A DNA stretch of 7,389 bases from Fonticula alba ATCC 38817 (taxonomy: Eukaryota > Protista > Nucleariida). The notes beneath the pieces are model-generated. The model saw only the letters and a list, made by a program, of their open reading frames with translations, was not told the origin of the DNA and searched no databases. A program made the translations under genes and the position numbers. Of the stretch, positions 1 to 6,545 are shown in pieces (positions within the stretch are counted from its first letter, which is position 1; each line of letters begins with the position of its first letter). The stretch lies in assembly GCA_000388065.2 (NCBI GenBank), contig KB932213.1; one strand, 5' to 3'.

Positions 1-16
1 CCCCCCCCCCCTCCAG
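1..16 (+). promoter_or_regulatory. Possible 3' splice site upstream of the start codon (5'-UTR intron or upstream exon)
   Basis: C11 then TCCAG is a pyrimidine tract ending in CAG, 9 nt before the ATG. The window edge truncates the context. Confidence 0.25.
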
Positions 17-25
17 ACAGACACC

Positions 26-151
26 ATGCTGGGACTGCGATCGCCCGGGCTGGCAGCTCGGTCCGGCGCTCTCCGGCCCCCCCCGCCCTCGCTGCCAGTA
101 CTGCTGCTGCTGCTACTGCTAGCGGTCATCGGCCCGGGGGCATCCCGCGCC
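26..151 (+). other. Signal peptide coding region
   Basis: MLGLRSPGLAARSGALRPPPPSLPVLLLLLLLAVIGPGASRA: basic n-region, Leu7 h-region encoded by a CTG/CTA repeat (101-121), small residues at the likely cleavage site (A39 or A42). Confidence 0.75.
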
Positions 152-3100
152 CGGGCGCCCGGCCACCTGCCCTATCACCGGGTGCACTCGCTCCCCGGGC
201 CCGACCGGCCGGCCGACCATGCGCACGACATTCGCTGGTGCGAAGGCCCGCCGGCCCGGGCCGGGGCCCTGTCCTTTTACCATGCCTACCACATCATGGC
301 CGGCGAGGCCACACCCCAGCCCCACCGGCACCGCGGCCCCATGTGGCTCGGCCGCGCGGAGGAGGACCGGGGCCTCCTCTGCGCGGCCTCCCTCCCGCCG
401 GACGACCGCCACCTCCGTCGCACATTCGCCAGCCAGCACACGCTGCTCGGCGGCAGCCCCGGCGACCGCTGGCCGGCGGCCCAGCCCGGCCACAGCCTGC
501 CCCCGGTCCTGGCCGTCGCCCCGCGGGCCGGTGCATCCCGGCCGGTGCTGGTCAGCTTCACCGGCGGGCCCGGCGCCCGGACCGTGCACATCCAGGCCCG
601 GGACGCGGCGGCCAGCTGGTCCGCCGCCTGGCCCGTGCGCGATATCCGCGCCGCCGTGGCCGTGGACCTGGCCGGCCACGGCCGGCCCGAGGTCCTGCTG
701 GCTGCCATGCCGGCCGGCCCGCGCCCGGCCACCTACAGCCTCACCCTGCTGACCCGACTGCTGGACCCGGCCCTGCCAAAGGGGGCCCTCTTCCAGGAGC
801 GCACGCTTCTCCGGCTCCCGGCCGGCTTCCGCCCGGGCAGCATCATCCTCGGCGACTTCGATGGGGATGGCCATGCCTCGGACATTGTCACCCTCCCGGG
901 CCTGGGGTCCACCACCAGCCCGGTGGCCGTCTTCCTGCTGTCCAGCGACGCCTTCACCCGGCCCATCTACGTCGACCTGTCGTCCATGTACACCCTGCCG
1001 CCGCCGGCGTCCTGGACCGACGCCGTGTTCAAGGGGGCCGCCGCGCGGCTGACCGCCGCCGGGCACCACGACCTGGTGGTGGCCGGCGGCCAGCAGGTCC
1101 TGGCCCTGGTCGGCCCCCGCGACCCGGCCACCGAGGCCAACACCCCGGCCAACCCGCTGGCCATCGCGGCCCTCGACCACATGCGCCTGGTGCCGGACCG
1201 CGCGGCCGGCGCCTGGGTGGCCCTGGCCGTCGGGGACTTCGACGGCGACGCCCGGCCGGACCTGGCCCTGGCCGCCAGCGACCGGCCCACCGACATCGCC
1301 CTGTACTCGCAGGTGGAGGCCTCGCCCGGGTGCCTCTGCGGCCCCGGGGCCCGGTGCCAGCATGACAATGGCCCACACAGCGACCCGGTCTGCGTCTGCC
1401 TCCGGCCCGGATGCAGCCCCTGCCTCCCGGGCCTGTGTCCCGGCCATGGTGCGTCCTGGCCGCGGCCCGCGCCCCCGCTGACACCCGCGCTCTTGCTGAC
1501 ATCCCCACCCGCCGCCACTCCCCNNNNNNNNNNNNNNNNNNNNNNNNNNNNNNNNNNNNNNNNNNNNNNNNNNNNNNNNNNNNNNNNNNNNNNNNNNNNN
1601 NNNNNNNNNNNNNNNNNNNNNNNNNNNNNNNNNNNNNNNNNNNNNNNNNNNNNNNNNNNNNNNNNNNNNNNNNNNNNNNNNNNNNNNNNNNNNNNNNNNN
1701 NNNNNNNNNNNNNNNNNNNNNNNNNNNNNNNNNNNNNNNNNNNNNNNNNNNNNNNNNNNNNNNNNNNNNNNNNNNNNNNNNNNNNNNNNNNNNNNNNNNN
1801 NNNNNNNNNNNNNNNNNNNNNNNNNNNNNNNNNNNNNNNNNNNNNNNNNNNNNNNNNNNNNNNNNNNNNNNNNNNNNNNNNNNNNNNNNNNNNNNNNNNN
1901 NNNNNNNNNNNNNNNNNNNNNNNNNNNNNNNNNNNNNNNNNNNNNNNNNNNNNNNNNNNNNNNNNNNNNNNNNNNNNNNNNNNNNNNNNNNNNNNNNNNN
2001 NNNNNNNNNNNNNNNNNNNNNNNNNNNNNNNNNNNNNNNCCCGCCGCCGGACAGACGGCTCGTGCACCGCCTGCCCCACCGGCGACCGGCCGCCGGCCCT
2101 CGCCCCGGGCCCCGGGCCCATTGCCCAGGCCCAGGACCACACCTGCCCGGCCGGGACCAACCTGGCCTCGGACGGCCACACCTGCCTGGCCTGCGTGCCC
2201 GGGTGCGATGCATGCCCGGACGGGCCGGACCAGTGCACCGCATGCGCCCCGGGGCTGGCCCTGGTCGACGCCCGGTGCCAGGTGTGTGACAGCACCTGCG
2301 CCCGGTGCTCCGGGCCCGGGGCCCGCGAGTGCACCCAGTGCGCGCCCGGCCTCTACCTGGACCCGGTCACCCGCTGGTGCGAGATCACCTGCCTCACTGG
2401 CACCGGGCCGGACCCGCTGAACCCCGGCCGGTGCCAGCCATGCCACGACCCGCTGTGCCACAAGTGCGCCTCCTCCGCCGCCCAGGCCCACTGCCTAGTG
2501 TGCACGTCCGGCAGCGTGCACATGCCGGAGGCGGGCGCCTGCGTGGCCTGCGCCCCGGGCTGCCGGAGCTGCTTCGGGCCCCAGGCCGACCGGTGCCTCG
2601 CCTGCCTGCCCGGCTACGTCTTCCATGAAGGCCACTGCCTGGCCGCCTGCCCGGCCGGCATGTACCCCCTACACCTGTGGGTGGACCATGACCCGGAGCC
2701 GTGGGACATCTGCCAAAGGTGCCACCCCTCCTGCAACACGTGCACCGAGGCCTCTCCCTCCCATTGCACCAGCTGCCGCGACCCGGAGGCCGTGTTCAAC
2801 CCCGACAGCAGCATGCCCTGTGCGCGGACCTGCCCGGAGCCCGACCACCCGTCGTGCGCCTGTTCGGTGCCCCATTGTACCGTGTGCGACCCCGACCGCG
2901 GGCCGGGGGCCTGTCTCAGGTGCCAGCCCCCGTACCTGCTCGCCCCGGAGGGCCATTGTATCCCCTACAACAGTTGCCCGGCCGGCACGTACCTCGACCT
3001 CGAGGCCATGGCCTGCCTACCATGCGGCGCCCACTGCGCCGAATGCATGCCCGATGCCCCGCACCTCTGCCTCCAGTGCCACCCCCCCGACAGCATGATC

Positions 3101-4825
3101 CCCCTGGCCGGCGTGTGCACCGATGCCTGCCCGGGCATCGGGCACTTCCGCGACATGGAAGATGGCCACCGGTGTAAGCCCTGTCCGTCTAACTGCCGCG
3201 TGTGCTCCGACGCCACCACATGCGACATATGCGAGATCTGGCACGTCCTCCTCGAGGGCCGGTGCGTCAGCAGCTGCCCGGACGACATGTACACCGACGG
3301 CACCGCCTGCCAGCCCTGCCACCCATCATGCCACCAGTGCAAGGGCCCGGGCTCGGACCAGTGCACCGCCTGCCCCCCGGGCCGGCTGCTGGCCCAGGGC
3401 CGCTGCCTGGATGCCTGCCCGCCCGGCCTGGCGGCCTTCCGCCAGGACGGCACCTGCCAGCCCTGCGCCGGCGCCTGCGCCACATGCACCGGGCCCCTGC
3501 CGCACGACTGCCTCACCTGCCTCGGGGACCGCATGCTGCACCTGGCCTCCGGCGTGTGCCACGATGCCTGCCCGGCCGGGTCCTTCCCCTGGACCGGCAA
3601 CATGTGCCCCTCGTGCGATGCCACCTGCGCCGAGTGCACCGGGCCCTTGCCGGACCAGTGCACGGCCTGCGCCGACCCCGGCCAGGTCCTCCAGCCCGGG
3701 GCCGGCTGCCTGGACGCCTGCCACTCCGGCTTCCACCGCCAGGCCGGCACCTGCCTCCGGTGTGATGCCGCCTGCGCCGAGTGTGCCGGGCCCCTGGCGG
3801 CCGACTGCACGGCCTGCCCCGATGCCGGGCAGGTCCTCCAGCCCGGGGCCGGCTGCCTGCCGGCCTGTCACCCGGGCTTCCACCCGGTCGACGGCCGGTG
3901 CGCCCCCTGCCCGGCGGCCTGCGCCGAGTGCCACGACCCGGACCCGGGCAAGTGCCTGGCCTGCCGGCCGGGCTTCCTCCTCCAGCCGGGCCACGGCTGC
4001 CAGGAGGCCTGCTCCGGTGGCTTCTTCCCGCACGAGGACGGCCGCTGCCATGCCTGCCACCAGTCCTGCGGCGCGTGCACCGGCCCGGGCCAGGCCGAGT
4101 GCACCTCGTGCGCCGACCCCGGGGCCCTGCTCCAGCCGGGCCACGGCTGCCTGGAGGCCTGCCACGAGNNNNNNNNNNCGTGCACCGGCCCGGGCCAGGC
4201 CGAGTGCACCTCGTGCGCCGACCCCGGGGCCCTGCTCCAGCCGGGCCACGGCTGCCTGGAGGCCTGCCACGAGGGGCACTACCCGGACGCCGGCCTCGAC
4301 TGCCTGCCCTGCCATGGCACCTGTGCCACATGCACCGGCCCCGGGGAGGACCACTGCACCGCCTGCCCCGCGGGCATGCTCCTCGTGCCGGGGGCCGGGT
4401 GCCGGGCCGCCTGCCCGGCCGGCTGGTACCCCCTTGCCGGGGCCCATGCCTGCGCCGGCTGCCATGCCACCTGCGCCACCTGCACCGGCCCCGAGGCATG
4501 CTCGCCCCCCCTGGGCTCCGACAGTGATGGCGGCAGCAGCGGCAGCACCGGCGGCAGCGGCAGCACCGGCGGCAGCAGCAGCAGCACCGGCAGCCACAGC
4601 GGTGGCAGGAGCAAGGCCGGCCTCGCCGTGGGCCTGGGCATCGGCCTGTCGGTGCTGGTCATGCTCATCGTGGCCATGGTGGCGGCCGTCATGTGGCGGA
4701 AGCGCCAAGCCGCCGCCCCCGGGGCCCCCGGCACCGCGAAGGACATCGAGGCCACGGAGATGGTGGAGGTCCCGTCCGACATCGACATCGCCGACACCCC
4801 CCAGGAGCCTCCTCCGCAGGTCTAG
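26..4825 (+). CDS. Spliced gene for a type I membrane cell-surface protein: FG-GAP/VCBS-like beta-propeller, EGF/furin-like Cys-rich repeats, single TM, short tail. Probable exons 26-1448 and 2055-4825 (1397 aa if joined directly, 1362 aa if the 105-bp gap duplication is an artefact); extra exons may lie in the gap.
   Basis: ATG in ACCATG context; strong G/C third-codon-position bias; poly-Leu signal peptide; GDFDGDG-type motifs; periodic CxxxCxxC...CxxC repeats; hydrophobic TM followed by RKR; TAG at 4823-4825 and AATAAA 44 nt downstream. Confidence 0.9.
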   Translation: MLGLRSPGLAARSGALRPPPPSLPVLLLLLLLAVIGPGASRARAPGHLPYHRVHSLPGPDRPADHAHDIRWCEGPPARAGALSFYHAYHIMAGEATPQPHRHRGPMWLGRAEEDRGLLCAASLPPDDRHLRRTFASQHTLLGGSPGDRWPAAQPGHSLPPVLAVAPRAGASRPVLVSFTGGPGARTVHIQARDAAASWSAAWPVRDIRAAVAVDLAGHGRPEVLLAAMPAGPRPATYSLTLLTRLLDPALPKGALFQERTLLRLPAGFRPGSIILGDFDGDGHASDIVTLPGLGSTTSPVAVFLLSSDAFTRPIYVDLSSMYTLPPPASWTDAVFKGAAARLTAAGHHDLVVAGGQQVLALVGPRDPATEANTPANPLAIAALDHMRLVPDRAAGAWVALAVGDFDGDARPDLALAASDRPTDIALYSQVEASPGCLCGPGARCQHDNGPHSDPVCVCLRPGCSPCLPGLCPGHGASWPRPAPPLTPALLLTSPPAATPXXXXXXXXXXXXXXXXXXXXXXXXXXXXXXXXXXXXXXXXXXXXXXXXXXXXXXXXXXXXXXXXXXXXXXXXXXXXXXXXXXXXXXXXXXXXXXXXXXXXXXXXXXXXXXXXXXXXXXXXXXXXXXXXXXXXXXXXXXXXXXXXXXXXXXXXXXXXXXXXXXXXXXXXXXXXXRRRTDGSCTACPTGDRPPALAPGPGPIAQAQDHTCPAGTNLASDGHTCLACVPGCDACPDGPDQCTACAPGLALVDARCQVCDSTCARCSGPGARECTQCAPGLYLDPVTRWCEITCLTGTGPDPLNPGRCQPCHDPLCHKCASSAAQAHCLVCTSGSVHMPEAGACVACAPGCRSCFGPQADRCLACLPGYVFHEGHCLAACPAGMYPLHLWVDHDPEPWDICQRCHPSCNTCTEASPSHCTSCRDPEAVFNPDSSMPCARTCPEPDHPSCACSVPHCTVCDPDRGPGACLRCQPPYLLAPEGHCIPYNSCPAGTYLDLEAMACLPCGAHCAECMPDAPHLCLQCHPPDSMIPLAGVCTDACPGIGHFRDMEDGHRCKPCPSNCRVCSDATTCDICEIWHVLLEGRCVSSCPDDMYTDGTACQPCHPSCHQCKGPGSDQCTACPPGRLLAQGRCLDACPPGLAAFRQDGTCQPCAGACATCTGPLPHDCLTCLGDRMLHLASGVCHDACPAGSFPWTGNMCPSCDATCAECTGPLPDQCTACADPGQVLQPGAGCLDACHSGFHRQAGTCLRCDAACAECAGPLAADCTACPDAGQVLQPGAGCLPACHPGFHPVDGRCAPCPAACAECHDPDPGKCLACRPGFLLQPGHGCQEACSGGFFPHEDGRCHACHQSCGACTGPGQAECTSCADPGALLQPGHGCLEACHEXXXXCTGPGQAECTSCADPGALLQPGHGCLEACHEGHYPDAGLDCLPCHGTCATCTGPGEDHCTACPAGMLLVPGAGCRAACPAGWYPLAGAHACAGCHATCATCTGPEACSPPLGSDSDGGSSGSTGGSGSTGGSSSSTGSHSGGRSKAGLAVGLGIGLSVLVMLIVAMVAAVMWRKRQAAAPGAPGTAKDIEATEMVEVPSDIDIADTPQEPPPQV
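662..1275 (+). repeat. Four FG-GAP/VCBS-like (integrin-alpha-type) beta-propeller blade motifs
   Basis: VDLAGHGRPEVLL (662), GDFDGDGHASDIV (851), ARLTAAGHHDLVV (1043), GDFDGDARPDLAL (1232). Aligned positions are aa 214, 277, 341 and 404, spaced 63/64/63 aa. Two motifs match the DxDGDGxxD-type Ca-binding loop. Confidence 0.75.
1331..1448 (+). other. EGF-like Cys-rich module at the end of exon 1
   Basis: CLCGPGARCQHDNGPHSDPVCVCLRPGCSPCLPGLCPGH. Confidence 0.55.
1449..2054 (+). other. Phase-1 spliceosomal intron (or two introns with hidden exon(s) inside the N gap)
   Basis: Donor CATG|GTGCGT at 1449; branch-like GCTGAC at 1477-1482 and 1495-1500; Cys pattern lost in the read-through translation; acceptor GACAG| at 2053-2054 in matching phase. 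The join gives CPGH-D-GSCTAC, matching other repeat junctions such as HEDGRCHAC and RQDGTCQPC. Confidence 0.7.
1524..2039. other. Assembly gap (516 N)
   Basis: Run of N. Confidence 1.
2055..4500 (+). repeat. Tandem array of about 16 furin-like Cys-rich repeats (about 48-50 aa, 8 Cys each); last unit truncated
   Basis: Consensus roughly C-x3-C-x2-C-x7-C-x2-C-x11-C-x3-C-x11-C. DNA period 147/144/150 bp in the distal units, e.g. CAGGTCCTCCAGCCCGGGGCCGGCTGCCTG at 3683 and 3830. Confidence 0.9.
4074..4273 (+). repeat. Perfect 95-bp direct repeat (4074-4168 and 4179-4273) separated only by a 10-N gap
   Basis: Both copies read CGTGCACCGGCCCGGGCCAGG...GGAGGCCTGCCACGAG with no mismatch; N at 4169-4178. 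Confidence 0.95.
4529..4606 (+). repeat. GGC/AGC/ACC triplet repeat encoding a juxtamembrane Gly/Ser/Thr linker
   Basis: GGSSGSTGGSGSTGGSSSSTGSHSGG; AGCACCGGC occurs three times. Confidence 0.85.
4616..4696 (+). other. Single transmembrane helix with GxxxGxxxG
   Basis: AGLAVGLGIGLSVLVMLIVAMVAAVMW followed by the stop-transfer sequence RKR. Confidence 0.85.
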
Positions 4826-4868
4826 AGCGCGTGGCCGGCCGCCTGGGCATCTCCGCCTCGCATGCGTG

Positions 4869-4917
4869 AATAAAAGAATATATGAATGTGTATATATGCG
4901 TGTGCTTAAGTATATAC
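4869..4917 (+). terminator. Polyadenylation signal AATAAA (4869-4874) with downstream TG/TA-rich element
   Basis: The only markedly AT-rich stretch in the window; AATAAA 44 nt after the stop; TGTGTATATAT and GTATATAC follow. Confidence 0.65.
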
Positions 4918-5060
4918 GTGCGCGTTGTGCCCGACAGCGAGTGAGGTGTGCTGGCGCCTGGGCGTGAGACCACGGCAACAGGGCGCGTCGGGGCAAGTAT
5001 CTGCCTGGCCTGCCGTGCTGCCAGCCCCCCTCGGTCCCCGGGCCAAGGCCGCCAGTCAAA

Positions 5061-5071
5061 GGGGGGGGGGG
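5061..5071 (+). repeat. G11 homopolymer
   Basis: Read directly from the sequence. Confidence 0.9.
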
Positions 5072-5254
5072 AGCAATGCACACCCCGGCAGAGGGTCCCT
5101 GAGATGCCCCCTCCTCCGGAAGAGCCGGCCAGCACGCCCCCAGGCACCGGCCATGCTGCCCAGTGTGCTCGACCGGCGCCCGGCCTGCCCACGGCGCCGG
5201 CGCTTCGGCCGTCCGACCCCAAACGACCGGCCCTCCCAAGCGCGGGGTGAGGCA

Positions 5255-5264
5255 CCCCCCCCCC
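5255..5264 (+). repeat. C10 homopolymer
   Basis: Read directly from the sequence. Confidence 0.9.
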
Positions 5265-6046
5265 GGAAGCCGACCTCCGCCGGCGGGAGGCATCCCACAG
5301 GCGAGCCGCGCCTCGCCTCGCGTCAGCGCGCGCGACCCCGGCATCGAAGTGGGCGCCATGGGGCAGGCGCAGCCGGCCCCGACAGACCGGCGACCCGATC
5401 CCGGCCGCCGGGCAGTGCCCCCGCCGTGCCGGCCACCGCGCGAGACCACCCCCAGGGACCGGCGAGGGGCGGAGGCCGAGAGCGACCCGAGGATCGGGCG
5501 GCCCCTTCCTGGCCCTGTGGCGCACCGTCGGCCGTCCCGTGTGCCTCGAGCGCAACGGCCGACCCCCGGCCGGAGGTGCGGCCGGGCCACGGGAAAGCCC
5601 CCGGCCACCGCCCTCCTGGCCGCAGCCGCGCCGCTGGCAGACACCCATGCCGACCCCGGGCGCGCGCGCACTCCAAGGCGCCCACACCCATGCCCATGCG
5701 CCCAGACAAGACCCACCCGCATGACCAGGCATGCACCTGCCCGCAGGCTCGCAACCTACGACACTGCTGAATATGCACACCCGAGGGCATCCGGCCGCGC
5801 CCGAGGGGATGGGCAAGATCCGAGCCAGCCCCAGGGCCCCCCGGCCTCCGGGCATCCGGCCGGTGCCACGCCCCACCGGCTCGGCACCCCGGCCTGGCAC
5901 ATGGGGCGCCGGCCTCCCGAAGGGCCGGGCCCTGTCGCCGGTGGCATGCTGGTCCAAGGCCGGGCAGAGGACGGCCCCGCCCGGCCGCCACGCGCCGCTG
6001 CCAACACACCCACTCGGGCCAACCCGCCCCGGCGCCCATCGAGACA

Positions 6047-6070
6047 GCCGCCGCCGCCGCCGCTGCCGCC
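6047..6070 (+). repeat. (GCC)8 trinucleotide microsatellite with one GCT variant
   Basis: GCC x5, GCT, GCC x2. Confidence 0.85.
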
Positions 6071-6131
6071 GGGACACCTGCCCCCGCGCCCCGCATGCAA
6101 CCCCGGGCCATGCATGGGCCGTGCGACTCGC

Positions 6132-6164
6132 GCCCGCCCGCCCGCCCGCCCGCCTGCCCGCCCG
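6132..6164 (+). repeat. (GCCC)8 tetranucleotide microsatellite with one GCCT variant
   Basis: Read directly; the minus strand is (GGGC)n. Confidence 0.85.
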
Positions 6165-6239
6165 CGCGACCAGCACCCACCACGCCGACAAGTCCCGGTT
6201 GCTCCGGGCGGCACGGTCCGCCCGACCGCCTGGCCCACA

Positions 6240-6253
6240 GGGGGGGGGGGGGG
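6240..6253 (+). repeat. G14 homopolymer
   Basis: Read directly from the sequence. Confidence 0.9.
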
Positions 6254-6521
6254 CGGGCATCGTCCTCCCAAGCACCATCGCCATGTGACCCGTCGCCAGG
6301 GCCCGGTCGCGCCCGCATGAGGCCTCCCCCGCTCCGGCAGAGGCACATGGCTGGCGGCGAGTGCGCCCGTCCCTGCGGCAGACGGGCCCAGGGCCCCCGG
6401 CGGGAGCCGTCCGACCACCGGCAGATGGCCACACCCCTGGCCATGCCGCGCCACAAGAGTCTGCCCCGCCACCCGGACCATGCCCACCGGGGCCCCGGGG
6501 CCGGGCCAGGTGTACAAACAG

Positions 6522-6545
6522 CTGGAAGCCCGCCACCGTGTCAGC
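6522..6545 (-). promoter_or_regulatory. Candidate minus-strand branch point plus 3' splice site
   Basis: The minus strand reads GCTGAC-acggtggcgggc-TTCCAG|, with the branch A 19 nt before the AG. Same GCTGAC hexamer as in the intron of the main gene. Confidence 0.25.

Noticed and set aside
119-2491. Long antisense and alternative-frame ORFs overlapping the main gene (119-2491, 967-2334, 1029-2243, 238-1365, 2965-3810, 3123-4967, 3513-4499 and others)
   Set aside because: Shadow ORFs typical of very high GC: Arg/Pro/Gly/Ala-rich, no domains, and several run through N gaps.
3600-4300. Periodic DNA repeats as a CRISPR array or mobile element
   Set aside because: The repeats are in-frame protein repeat units, with no unique spacers, terminal repeats or transposase/RT motifs.
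4811-4822. C-terminal PPQV as a PDZ-binding motif
   Set aside because: It ends in Val, but Pro at position -2 fits no canonical PDZ class well.
26-4825. The 1599-aa ORF taken as one uninterrupted protein
   Set aside because: It stays in frame only because the gap length (516) is a multiple of 3. Residues from 1449-1523 are intron-like, and the duplicated 95 bp inflates the length.
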